DNA of 64,000 nt from Dehalococcoidia bacterium. Its GTDB lineage: Bacteria > Chloroflexota > Dehalococcoidia > Lucifugimonadales > UBA1127. The position numbers and the translations under genes were made by a program. The stretch is taken from contig OZ220679.1 of assembly GCA_965116355.1 (NCBI GenBank), positions 1,118,669 to 1,182,668 of the forward strand. Reading direction: 5' to 3'. The notes under the pieces were generated by a model. The model made no database searches and was not told where the DNA came from. It was given only the letters and a program-made list of their open reading frames with translations. Positions 31,760 to 40,974 of the stretch are shown here, in pieces; position 1 is the first letter of the stretch; every line of letters starts with the position of its first letter.

Positions 31760-33175
31760 CTACCTCTCCTCCACCCGCCGCACCCAGAGGAAGTTCGTCG
31801 GGGCGCGGGCGGTGAAGGGGGCGGAGCCTACGAGGACGATCTGGTCGCCGTGGCGGACGAGGCCGTGGGCGAGGAGGGCCGTGTCGACGATCTCCGCGTT
31901 GTTGACGGTGATCTGCGGCAGGCCGGTCATCACGGGCAGGACGCCCCACCACAGGTTCATCTGCCTCGCCGCCTCCGCCGACGACGTGAGGGCGATGATG
32001 GGCGCGGCTGGGCGGTGCCGGCTCACCCGATGGGCCGTCACGCCCGAGCGCGTGAGCACGACGATGGCGCTCGCGTTGAGGTCGCCGGCCATGCGGCAGG
32101 CGGCGCGGGCGACGGCCTGGGCCTCGGGGCGGCGTTCGCGGAAGTCGCCGGGGTCGTCGAGGGACGAGGTGGCCTCGGCGCGCGCGATGATGCGGGCCAT
32201 GACCTCCACGGCCTCGACGGGGTAGGCGCCGATGGCGGTCTCGCCGCTGAGCATGACGGCGTCTGCGCCCTCCCACACGGCGTTGGCGACGTCGGACGCC
32301 TCCGCGCGGGTGGGGCGCGGCTCCGAGATCATCGACTCCAGCATCTGCGTTGCCACGATCACCAGCTTGCCCTGCGTCCGCGCACGATTGATGATTGCGC
32401 GCTGCCAGACAGGGACCTCCTCGGGCGAGAGCTCCACGCCCATGTCGCCGCGGGCCACCATGACGCCGTCGAAGGCGCGGAGGATGCCGTCGAGGTTGGC
32501 GAGGGCCGTGGCGCGCTCGACCTTCGCGATGAGGGGTGTCGGGCGCCGGAGCCGCCGCATCAGGTCGCGGGCGGGCCGGGCGTCGTCGCCCGCGTTGACG
32601 AAGCTCATGGCCACCCAGTCGACGCCAAGGCTGAGGCCGAACTCCAGGTCCTCGCGGTCCTTCTCCGTGAAGGTGGGGATGTCCAGCCGGACGCCGGGGA
32701 GGTTGATGCCCTGGAACTCGCCGAGGAGGCCGCCCTTGGTGACCGTCGTGCGGATGTCGCTGCCCTCGACGGCGAGCACCTCGGCCTCGAGGCGGCCGTC
32801 GTCGAGGAGGACGCGGTCGCCGCGGGCGAGGAAGCGGTGGATGTCCGGGTAGGTGCTGCTGATGCGCCCGGGCCCACCCTCGATGGGCTCGTGGACGATG
32901 AGGAGCTCCTCGCCGGCACGCAGCTCGAGCGGACCGCCGCCCCGGAGGGGCCCCGTGCGGATGCGCGGCCCCTGCAGGTCCTGCAGGACGGCGACGTGCA
33001 CGCCGAGGCGATGGGAGGTCTCGCGCACCTGCGCTACGAGACGGGCGTGGTCGTCATGGGAGCCGTGCGAGAAGTTGAGGCGCACGGTGTTGACGCCGGC
33101 GCGCAGGAGCGCCTCGACGCGCTCGGGCGCGGCCGAGGCGGGGCCGAGGGTGGCGACGATCTTGGTGGCGCGCAT
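31760..33175 (-). CDS. pyk: pyruvate kinase
   Basis: MRATKIVATLGPASAAPERVEALLRAGVNTVRLNFSHGSHDDH. ATG 33175 is preferred over the track start at 33244. Confidence 0.95.
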   Translation of the reverse strand: MRATKIVATLGPASAAPERVEALLRAGVNTVRLNFSHGSHDDHARLVAQVRETSHRLGVHVAVLQDLQGPRIRTGPLRGGGPLELRAGEELLIVHEPIEGGPGRISSTYPDIHRFLARGDRVLLDDGRLEAEVLAVEGSDIRTTVTKGGLLGEFQGINLPGVRLDIPTFTEKDREDLEFGLSLGVDWVAMSFVNAGDDARPARDLMRRLRRPTPLIAKVERATALANLDGILRAFDGVMVARGDMGVELSPEEVPVWQRAIINRARTQGKLVIVATQMLESMISEPRPTRAEASDVANAVWEGADAVMLSGETAIGAYPVEAVEVMARIIARAEATSSLDDPGDFRERRPEAQAVARAACRMAGDLNASAIVVLTRSGVTAHRVSRHRPAAPIIALTSSAEAARQMNLWWGVLPVMTGLPQITVNNAEIVDTALLAHGLVRHGDQIVLVGSAPFTARAPTNFLWVRRVEER

Positions 33176-33539
33176 AGGGAGACCCCATTCCTCAGTGACG
33201 GCGCCGGTGATTGCCGGCCCGATTGCCGTTTGCCTTTGTAGCATCTTCGCCCCGCTGCCGCAATAACGGATGCCGCACCGCCTCCTCGACGAGGACGCCG
33301 CCTCTCACGGTATGGCCTGACGTGAGCAGGCCATTGCGGGACGGGCTGGGTGAGTATTTTTGCGTATAGCTGATTACCCTATTTCGTGTTCACTTTATAC
33401 CAGTTATTTATCTTACTGTTTAGCTCTCTTTCATATAATAGTCTTCTTAAATACATGGTTATTTCTTAAGAATTACAGTCTTACAATAGAGAACCTGAGT
33501 AAGGGGTCGCCGTGAGTTCAACGAGTGAAAGGAGGAACC

Positions 33540-34676
33540 ATGATCTATCAACGACTTTTCAACTGTAGCCGCCGGACCATGATCTTCGGCCTCCTCGCCG
33601 CGACCGCCATGGCAGTCGCGGCATTCATCCTGTGGCCGTCGGTTGCGCTGGGTCAGTCGCCGGACCGGGCGGCTGTGCAGGGGGTGACGGTCTCGGCCGG
33701 CGACGCGCCCGGCGAGCTGCGCATCGCGTGGGACGCTCCATCGCCCACGCCGAACGACTACCGCGTCATCTGGGCGCTGAGGAGCGAATCGTTCTCAAGC
33801 TGGCGGGACCCGGACGGGAACGCGTACCCCACCGAGCCGGAGTTGACCCTGACAGGCCTGGAGGCGGGCGCCGAGTACAAGGTGCGCGTGCGAGCGCGGT
33901 TCGGGCCGGGCGATTCGTCGCCGTGGAGCGACATCGTCTACGGAACGGCGGCCAACGCGCCACCGCCGCAGATAAAGGCCGTCGACGAGCAGGAGGCGCC
34001 CCTCGTAGGCGCACGGCAGCTGGGCCACACGATGCCCGCGACGATGGATGAGTGCGGGGCGCTGATTCGGTCCGGGGACGTGGTCCGATGCGCCGGAGAC
34101 AGATTCTCCGTGCAAGCCGTATTCGCCGACGGGAGCTTCACGATCGACTGGAGCGTGTGGGCGTCACAGCACGACAACATCACCCACTACACCGTGCAGC
34201 ACCGGGAGTTCCAGTACCGGAACCGGTTCAAGCGTGCTGACACCAACGAACCATTCAACGTCGATCCGGCAGAAGGCGACGGCTGGGTTGTGCCGGGGAG
34301 CTGCGAGGCAGCAGTACTGACGACCGACAGCATGGGGAGGGCGACCGAGTACCATTGGCGGTGCCAGGGCCTCACCAGCGTAAACGTCGACACCGAAGGC
34401 AACCCGACGTCTGTGGAGACGGACGGCGTCCTGCCGGCATCCCAACCCCACTGGGAAGGCTCGCTGGCGTCGCCGAGCCGGAAGCACGACGTCCCCGTGA
34501 CGGGGATGCGCATTCCCGTCCGCGCCCCAACGAGCCTGAGCGACGAGCTGACGCCAGCGGAACTGGACGACACGATAGAGCTGACGGCGACGGAGACGCA
34601 GATGCTGCTCTACGGCATCACCGTGCACCTCGACGACGATACGACCGACTTTCACTACGACTTGATCACGGGGTAG
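33540..34676 (+). CDS. secreted hypothetical protein with N-terminal fibronectin type III-like domain (378 aa)
   Basis: ATG 33540 with AAAGGAGG SD. Signal/TM segment MIFGLLAATAMAVAAFILWPSVALG. GVTVSAGDAPGELRIAWDAP...YRVIW...LTGLEAGAEYKVRVRARF is Fn3-like. The Cys-containing C-half is unassigned. Confidence 0.7.
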   Translation: MIYQRLFNCSRRTMIFGLLAATAMAVAAFILWPSVALGQSPDRAAVQGVTVSAGDAPGELRIAWDAPSPTPNDYRVIWALRSESFSSWRDPDGNAYPTEPELTLTGLEAGAEYKVRVRARFGPGDSSPWSDIVYGTAANAPPPQIKAVDEQEAPLVGARQLGHTMPATMDECGALIRSGDVVRCAGDRFSVQAVFADGSFTIDWSVWASQHDNITHYTVQHREFQYRNRFKRADTNEPFNVDPAEGDGWVVPGSCEAAVLTTDSMGRATEYHWRCQGLTSVNVDTEGNPTSVETDGVLPASQPHWEGSLASPSRKHDVPVTGMRIPVRAPTSLSDELTPAELDDTIELTATETQMLLYGITVHLDDDTTDFHYDLITG

Positions 34677-34712
34677 GGAGACAAGGGCGCAAGCCCTGAG
34701 GGTTCAGGATGC

Positions 34713-34741
34713 AGGGGCGGCGGCAGATGCCCGCCGCCCCT
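34713..34741 (+). terminator. hairpin terminator candidate after the Fn3 gene
   Basis: AGGGGCGGCGG-CAGATGC-CCGCCGCCCCT followed by GTTCGTGTGTGTGTGT. Confidence 0.55.
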
Positions 34742-34794
34742 GTTCGTGTGTGTGTGTCGAAGTAAGAACAGTAGTAATCCCTAACCAACCCACC

Positions 34795-34823
34795 TTGACT
34801 CAACCGTCCTACTCGCTTATTTT
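34795..34823 (+). promoter_or_regulatory. candidate promoter TTGACT-17-TATTTT for higB
   Basis: TTGACT 34795..34800 and TATTTT 34818..34823. Confidence 0.35.
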
Positions 34824-34898
34824 GCATTGGGACTGCTTACTATTGCAGAATTTTGGGAATATTATATAATAAACTGTATATGGGAAGGCTTACGGGAT

Positions 34899-35192
34899 TT
34901 GCGCGTGCTTTCAAAGAAGATCCTGCGGCTGTTCTGGGAGCAGCACAGGGAAGCCCAACAACCACTTCTCGCGTGGTATCGGGAAGTTGAACGCGCGGAC
35001 TGGTCTCTACCGGGCGAAGTGCTGGAGAGATTTCCGAGGGCAAGCATCGTAGGAACCGACAGGGTGGTATTCAGGATAAGCGGCGGAAGCTACCGAATCG
35101 TTGCGCGTGTGTTCTACCCAGGGCGTCGCGTGTACATTCGTTTTGTGGGAACACACAACGAATACGAGCGCATCAATGTGGAGGAGGTCTAG
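34899..35192 (+). CDS. higB: type II toxin HigB (RelE/ParE superfamily mRNA interferase)
   Basis: From TTG 34899: MRVLSKKILRLFWEQHREAQQPLLAWYREVERADWSLPGEVLERFPRASIVGTDRVVFRISGGSYRIVARVFYPGRRVYIRFVGTHNEYERINVEEV. This is collinear with HigB_toxin family members that begin MRVISKK. The track start at 34827 adds an unlikely extension. Confidence 0.85.
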   Translation: MRVLSKKILRLFWEQHREAQQPLLAWYREVERADWSLPGEVLERFPRASIVGTDRVVFRISGGSYRIVARVFYPGRRVYIRFVGTHNEYERINVEEV

Positions 35193-35194
35193 TG

Positions 35195-36460
35195 ATGGCG
35201 AATATTCGGCCGATCCGCACCGACGAGGACTACGAGGCAACCCTCAACCGCATTCAGGAACTCCTTGACCAGCTTTCCGGAGAGGATGGACAGGTCGAGG
35301 ACACGGACCACCCTGCCCGCATCGAACTCGACGTGCTCAGCGACCTCGTGGAACATTACGAGGACAAGACTGTGGAAATTGGGTACCCAGACCCTGTCGC
35401 GGCTATCCAATTCCGAATGGATCAAGCGGGCCTTACGCCTCGCGACCTCGTACCGTTCATTGGCAGTCGCTCCAAAGTATCGGAAGTCATGTCCGGTAAG
35501 CGGGCAATTACTATGCCCATAGCGCGGGCTCTCCACACGCACTTGGGCATTTCGGCAGACATTCTTCTGAAGCAGCCTGGATCAAGTCTGCCAGACACAG
35601 CGTACGACATTGACTGGACAAGATTCCCGTTGCGGGCAATGGCAAACGCTGGCTGGATACGGTCTGTGCATCGCCTAAAGGACAATGCTGAGGACTTGGT
35701 GTCTACCTTAATGCAACGAGCGGGAGCCTCATCGCCAACGGCGGCGATGTTGTATCGCAAGAACGACCACAGACGCCTGAACGCAAAGACAGACGACTAC
35801 GCGTTGCAAGCGTGGTGCTGGCAAGTTATGGCGCAAGCTCGGGAAAGGGTTCAGATAGCCCCCTACTTGCCAGAATCGGTCGACTCCGAATTCCTACGAA
35901 GCGTGGCTCAACTCAGTGCGAGTGAGGACGGCCCCAAAAGGGCCCGCACCATGCTGGCTCACTCTGGCATCGGATTCGAAGTGGTTCACCATCTCCCAAA
36001 AACATATTTGGACGGCGCTGCTTTCCTCTTGGACGATGGCCGGCCTGTCATTGGGCTAACCCTCCGGTACGATCGCATAGATAATTTTTGGTTCACCCTC
36101 CTCCACGAACTGGCGCACGTGAGTCTGCACTTGGAAGAAGGCGGAGAGGACTCAGCATTCGTAGACGACCTCAGCCTGAGGGATGTCGACAAGGGCATCG
36201 GGGACGCTAGGGAAAGGCAGGCAGACGACATGGCAGAGGAAGCACTCATACCTTGGGAACTCTGGGTCAATAGCCCTGTCCGTCAGGAGCCAACCCCAAT
36301 GCGGGTTCTGAATTTCGCCCATCGCTGGGGAGTGCACCCGGCTGTTATCGCGGGCCGAGTCCGTCACGAGTGCGGAAATTACCGATTGCTTAGTCAGTTC
36401 GTTGGCACCGGCGAAGTGCGATGGCAGTTTGAGGGTAGCCGGGAGGCAGCGAGTACTTGA
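35195..36460 (+). CDS. higA: HigA-like XRE HTH antitoxin fused to an ImmA/IrrE (M78) metallopeptidase domain (421 aa)
   Basis: N-terminus MANIRPIRTDEDYEATLNRIQELL...LTPRDLVPFIGSRSKVSEVMSGKRAITMPIARALHTHLGISADILL = HigA. The C-terminal half contains HELAH (HExxH) in the FWFTLLHELAHVSLH context typical of ImmA/IrrE. Confidence 0.8.
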   Translation: MANIRPIRTDEDYEATLNRIQELLDQLSGEDGQVEDTDHPARIELDVLSDLVEHYEDKTVEIGYPDPVAAIQFRMDQAGLTPRDLVPFIGSRSKVSEVMSGKRAITMPIARALHTHLGISADILLKQPGSSLPDTAYDIDWTRFPLRAMANAGWIRSVHRLKDNAEDLVSTLMQRAGASSPTAAMLYRKNDHRRLNAKTDDYALQAWCWQVMAQARERVQIAPYLPESVDSEFLRSVAQLSASEDGPKRARTMLAHSGIGFEVVHHLPKTYLDGAAFLLDDGRPVIGLTLRYDRIDNFWFTLLHELAHVSLHLEEGGEDSAFVDDLSLRDVDKGIGDARERQADDMAEEALIPWELWVNSPVRQEPTPMRVLNFAHRWGVHPAVIAGRVRHECGNYRLLSQFVGTGEVRWQFEGSREAAST

Positions 36461-36492
36461 GCTCAATTTGCAGATAGTGAGGTTTGCACAAG

Positions 36493-37335
36493 ATGCCCAG
36501 TAGATACACACCCATGGCGTTGATATACGACTTTGATGGAACGCTAGCCTCCGGCAACATGCAGGAGGGGAGATTCATTCCCAACTTGGGCATGACCAAG
36601 GAAGAGTTTTGGGCAGAGGTCAATCGACTCGTTAAGGAACATCATGGAGACAATGTGCTGATCTATATGCACCTTATGCTAAAGAAGGCATCGGAAAGGG
36701 GTGTGCCTGTTCGCCTAAAGGACTTCAAGGACCTAGGCCAAAGCCTATCTCTCTTTGCTGGAGTCGAGGACTGGTTTCGGAACATTGACTCATATAGCCG
36801 AACCAAGGGGATCAAGAATGAACACTACATTGTTTCCTCCGGCAATGCGGAGATCATCGAAGGGTCATGCATCGCCTCCAAGTTCAAGAGAATCTACGCT
36901 TCTCGCTTCATGTTCGATGAAAACGAGGTCGCTAAGTGGCCGGCGCAAGCAATCAACTACACCACGAAGACCCAGTTTCTCTTTCGTATCAATAAGGGCG
37001 CTCATGATCTCAGTGACGAGAGCGAGGTGAACAAATTCGTGCCAAAGAACCAGCGTCCGGTTCCGTTCGAGAACATGATTTATTTTGGTGACGGCGCTAC
37101 CGACATACCTTGTTTCCGTCTAGTCAAGGAAGAGGGAGGCCTCTCAATCGCCGTTTTCAAACCACACGGCAAAAGGGCTCGAGTGAAGGCGCGACAGTTG
37201 CTGACCGACGGGCGAGTCCACCACATAACGCCCGCTGACTACCAAGAAGGCAGTGACCTCACTAGGCTAGTCAAAGCACAGATTGACTATGTTGCCGCAA
37301 GGGAGATTCGCACACGCCAATTGACCCCCATTTAA
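36493..37335 (+). CDS. HAD-superfamily hydrolase (about 280 aa), island-borne
   Basis: Motif I IYDFDGTLA near the N-terminus and motif IV-like FGDGATD. Low G+C. The start is ambiguous (TTG 36484, ATG 36493 or ATG 36514). Confidence 0.7.
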   Translation: MPSRYTPMALIYDFDGTLASGNMQEGRFIPNLGMTKEEFWAEVNRLVKEHHGDNVLIYMHLMLKKASERGVPVRLKDFKDLGQSLSLFAGVEDWFRNIDSYSRTKGIKNEHYIVSSGNAEIIEGSCIASKFKRIYASRFMFDENEVAKWPAQAINYTTKTQFLFRINKGAHDLSDESEVNKFVPKNQRPVPFENMIYFGDGATDIPCFRLVKEEGGLSIAVFKPHGKRARVKARQLLTDGRVHHITPADYQEGSDLTRLVKAQIDYVAAREIRTRQLTPI

Positions 37336-37392
37336 CCCCAAATTATCCCCTGGCCTCTTTTCTCGGAAAGGGTTTCCCTGTACACTCAACCC

Positions 37393-38295
37393 ATGCCGCC
37401 TCTCTTGGAAGCTCGCGCCCTGTCGAAGCACTATGGCCGTACTGTGGCCCTCGACGGGGTCTCGTTTGAGGTGGGCGAGGGCGTCACGGGGCTTCTGGGG
37501 CCGAACGGCGCGGGGAAGAGCACGGCCATGAAGCTCTTCCTGGGGCTGATCCAGCCGACGGCCGGAGACGCCCTCATCCTGGGGGAGGCGCCGTACGACT
37601 CGCCGGAGGGGCGGAACCGCATCGGGTACATGCCCGAGAACGATTGCCTGCCCCGCGACATGACGGCCACCGAGTTCCTCATGCTGATGGCGCAGCTCAG
37701 CGGGCTGCCGCCGTCGCAGGCGAGGACGCGCGCCGCCGATACCCTCCGCCACGTTGGGCTGGACGAGGAGCGCTACCGGCCGATGCACGAGTACTCGACC
37801 GGCATGAAGCAGCGCGTGAAGCTGGCGCAGGCCATCGTGCACGACCCGGTGCTGGTGCTGCTGGACGAGCCTACGGCCGGGCTCGACCCCGACGGGCGGC
37901 AGGAGATGCTGAGGCTCATCGACCGGACCGCGCGCAACTTCGGCATCAGCGTCATGCTGAGCACGCACCTGATGGGCGATGTCGAGCGGATCGCCGACAC
38001 GGTCATCGTGCTGGAATCGGGAGCGCTGGCGCAGGAAGGGGCCGTCGCGAGCCTGACGCAGGAGACGGAGACGCTGCTCATCGAGGTGGCGGAGGGCGTG
38101 GACGCCTTCGCCGCCATCCTGGCCGAGCGGGGCGTCGAGGCGAACGCCGACGGTAACCTGCTGGTCATCGAGCACGCGAAGGAAGAGGACTACGACACTG
38201 TGCGCGACGCGGCCGTCGACGCCGGCGCGCGGCTGAGGCGGCTGGCTCCCGCCCGGCGGACGCTGACCGACATCTTCCGGGGCGACCGGGCATGA
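37393..38295 (+). CDS. ABC transporter ATP-binding protein (ABC-2 type)
   Basis: Walker A GPNGAGKST, signature YSTGMKQRV, Walker B LVLLDEP. Confidence 0.9.
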   Translation: MPPLLEARALSKHYGRTVALDGVSFEVGEGVTGLLGPNGAGKSTAMKLFLGLIQPTAGDALILGEAPYDSPEGRNRIGYMPENDCLPRDMTATEFLMLMAQLSGLPPSQARTRAADTLRHVGLDEERYRPMHEYSTGMKQRVKLAQAIVHDPVLVLLDEPTAGLDPDGRQEMLRLIDRTARNFGISVMLSTHLMGDVERIADTVIVLESGALAQEGAVASLTQETETLLIEVAEGVDAFAAILAERGVEANADGNLLVIEHAKEEDYDTVRDAAVDAGARLRRLAPARRTLTDIFRGDRA

Positions 38296-39287
38296 GGCAG
38301 CCGAGCGCGGAGGTCTTCGACCTTGGGTACCAGCGCTACACGGGCCCCCGCGAGGGGCGCAACCGGGCGCGCTGGGCGCTCTTCTGGAACGGCGTCCGAA
38401 CGCTGCTGGGCATAGGGCGCGGGGGCAAGTCAAAGATCCTGCCGGTGCTGCTCTTCATCTCCGTGATGACCCCGGCGGTGGTCTTCGTCATCATCCTCTC
38501 GTTCATCGGCGACCTTGTGGAGGCGGCGGAGGCGGGGGACTTCATCCCCGGGCCGGCTGCCTACTACGGCATCGTGAGCCTGGTGCTGATCCTCTTCGGC
38601 GCGATCATGGCGCCGGAGCTGCTGGGGCCGGACCGCCGCGACAACGTGCTGCCGCTCTACCTGGTGCGCCCGCTGACCACCAAGGACTACCTTGGCATGC
38701 GGCTGCTGGCCTTTGCTGCCGTGGCCCTGGCGCTCGTGTATTCGGGGCAGGCGGTGCTGTACGGCGGCTTCGTGCTCACGGCGGAGTCGCCGATGGACTA
38801 CGTGCGCGACAACTGGGGCGACATCCCGCGCATCCTGTTCGTGGGCGCGGTCATCACGCTGTTCATCTCGGTCCTGACGCTGGCGGTCTCGGCGTACGTG
38901 GAGCGGCGGGCAATCGCCGCGGCGGCCATCATCGGCGGGTTCATCCTGATCGGCGGGATCACCGACGGGCTGACCTCTCGGCAGGACTGCAGCGAAGTCA
39001 GTTTCTCCGACGATGCAGGGCCCTTCCAACAGTTTGAGGGCTGCGACTACCTGACGGGCGACTACGCGCCCTACATCGGGCTGCTGAGTCCCTCGGGCGC
39101 CACGGAGAACATCAACAACGCGGTGTTCGACGTGGACGTGACGCCGGAGTTCGGCCCGGACGAGGCGGCGCCGTCGGTCGTCGCGGCGTCGGAGCTGTCG
39201 AGGCCGTGGCACATCGCCGCGTACCTGGTGTGGGTCCTTGTGCCGGCGGCAGTGCTGTGGAACCGGTACCGGAGGATCCGCCTATGA
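38292..39287 (+). CDS. ABC-2-type transporter permease-like membrane protein
   Basis: Multi-TM protein translationally coupled (4-nt overlaps) to the flanking ATPase genes. Confidence 0.7.
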   Translation: MRQPSAEVFDLGYQRYTGPREGRNRARWALFWNGVRTLLGIGRGGKSKILPVLLFISVMTPAVVFVIILSFIGDLVEAAEAGDFIPGPAAYYGIVSLVLILFGAIMAPELLGPDRRDNVLPLYLVRPLTTKDYLGMRLLAFAAVALALVYSGQAVLYGGFVLTAESPMDYVRDNWGDIPRILFVGAVITLFISVLTLAVSAYVERRAIAAAAIIGGFILIGGITDGLTSRQDCSEVSFSDDAGPFQQFEGCDYLTGDYAPYIGLLSPSGATENINNAVFDVDVTPEFGPDEAAPSVVAASELSRPWHIAAYLVWVLVPAAVLWNRYRRIRL

Positions 39288-40207
39288 CGATGGCGAACGG
39301 CGCGACCGTCGAGGTGCAGGCCATCTCCAAGTGGTACGGCAACGTGGTGGCCGTGAACGACATGTCGTTCGAAGTCTACCCCGGTGTGACGGGAATCCTG
39401 GGCCCCAACGGCGCGGGGAAGACGACGCTGCTCAGCATGATGTGCGGCCTGCTGCGGCCATCGCAGGGGACGGTCCGCGTGCTGGGCGAGGAGGTTGTCG
39501 GCAACGTCGCCCTCTACCGGCGCGTCGGCATCATGCTGGAGCATGACGCGCTATACCCGTTCATGACGGGACGCAGCTTCGTGCAGCTTGCCGCCAAGCT
39601 GCAGGGAGTCAATGACCCGGACGCCATCGAGCGGGCGATCTCCGCCGTGAACCTGCTGGACGCGCAGGACCGGGCGACGGGCACGTACTCGCGCGGCATG
39701 CGGCAGCGCATCCGGCTGGCGGCGACCATCGTGCACGACCCGGAGGTGCTGGTGCTGGACGAGCCGCTGAACGGCACCGACCCCCGGCAGCGCGTCGAGT
39801 TCGGCGAGTTCGTCGAGCGGATGCGCGGCGAGGGCCGGACGGTGCTCATCTCGTCGCATATCCTCGAGGAGGTGGAGGCGCTGGCGGACCGGATCCTGCT
39901 CGTCGTCAGCGGCAAGCTGGCGGCGGCGGGCAACCACCGCGAGATTCGGGAGAAGCTGGACGAGCGGCCCTTCGTGGTGCGGCTGGTGGCGTCCAAGCAG
40001 CGGGAGATGGCGGCGGCGCTGGTGGGTCTGGAGGCGGTGGAGTCGGTGCGGCTGGAGCGCGACGCCATCGAGGTGACGACGCGGAACCTGGCGGACCTGC
40101 AACGGTCGGCGCCGCGGCTGGCGCGGGACATCGACAGCCGGCTGTACCGCATCGAGCCGCTGGACGACTCGCTGGAGAGCGTCTTCAGCTATGTGGTGCA
40201 GCGATGA
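39284..40207 (+). CDS. ABC transporter ATP-binding protein (second copy)
   Basis: ATG 39284 (MTMANGATVEVQAISKWYG). Walker A GPNGAGKTT, signature YSRGMRQRI, Walker B VLVLDEP. Confidence 0.9.
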   Translation: MTMANGATVEVQAISKWYGNVVAVNDMSFEVYPGVTGILGPNGAGKTTLLSMMCGLLRPSQGTVRVLGEEVVGNVALYRRVGIMLEHDALYPFMTGRSFVQLAAKLQGVNDPDAIERAISAVNLLDAQDRATGTYSRGMRQRIRLAATIVHDPEVLVLDEPLNGTDPRQRVEFGEFVERMRGEGRTVLISSHILEEVEALADRILLVVSGKLAAAGNHREIREKLDERPFVVRLVASKQREMAAALVGLEAVESVRLERDAIEVTTRNLADLQRSAPRLARDIDSRLYRIEPLDDSLESVFSYVVQR

Positions 40208-40917
40208 TCGGCGCGCTCTTCTGGCTGTCCATGCGGCAGGCGGCCTCGCCGAAGCGGCTGCTGTTGCTGTCCCTGGTATCGCTGCTGCCGGTGGGGCTGG
40301 CCGCCCTGCTGGTGGCCCTGGACGAGGCGGACATCGAGGGCATCGTCGGCGGGGGCTTCGAGCCGCTCGTCATCTCATTCATCCTGCCGCTTGTGGTGAT
40401 CGTGCTGGCGTCGGGGTCATTCGGGAACGAGGTGGAGGACCGGACGCTGTCGCTGCTGACGACGAAGCCGGTCCCGCGCTGGTCGCTGGTGTTGGCGAAG
40501 CTGCTGGGGACCATCGTCGTGGCGGCGCCGTTGATGGCGGCCGTGGCCGTCGCGATGACGGCGCTGGCCCCGGACCGCGAGGGGGGCATCATCGTGGCGG
40601 CGGCCGTCGGTTCCGTGGTGGGCGTGGTCGTGTACGCGTCGGTGTTCACGTGGGCGGGGATGGTGACGACGCGAGCGCTGGCCTTCGGGCTGGTCTACGT
40701 GCTGCTGTGGGAGGCGCTGATCACCAGCTTCCTGAGCGGGACGCGCTACCTGAGCGTGCGCAGCTACACCATCGGCGTCATGCACGGCATGGAGGGAAGC
40801 CCGTTCAGCGAGACGCTGGCGCTCGGCTACGAGGCGTCGATCATTGGAGCGGCCGTCGTGACCGTGCTGTTCTTCGCGCTGGCGGTGCGCCGGCTGAGCC
40901 GAATGGACGTGCCGTAG
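40204..40917 (+). CDS. ABC-2 family permease
   Basis: Six hydrophobic segments; 4-nt overlap with the upstream ATPase. Confidence 0.7.
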   Translation: MIGALFWLSMRQAASPKRLLLLSLVSLLPVGLAALLVALDEADIEGIVGGGFEPLVISFILPLVVIVLASGSFGNEVEDRTLSLLTTKPVPRWSLVLAKLLGTIVVAAPLMAAVAVAMTALAPDREGGIIVAAAVGSVVGVVVYASVFTWAGMVTTRALAFGLVYVLLWEALITSFLSGTRYLSVRSYTIGVMHGMEGSPFSETLALGYEASIIGAAVVTVLFFALAVRRLSRMDVP

Positions 40918-40920
40918 GGA

Positions 40921-40972
40921 GCGCCCTTCGACAAGCCCTTCGAGAGCCTCAGGACAGGCTCAGGGCGAACGG
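40921..40972. repeat. REP-A element
   Basis: GCGCCCTTCGACAAGCCCTTCGAGAGCCTCAGGACAGGCTCAGGGCGAACGG, directly after the stop codon of the permease gene. Confidence 0.85.
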
Positions 40973-40974
40973 AG

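Noticed and set aside
34745-34758. GT dinucleotide run (GTGTGTGTGTGT)
   Set aside because: It is a short simple repeat within a terminator tail, with no evidence of phase-variation context.
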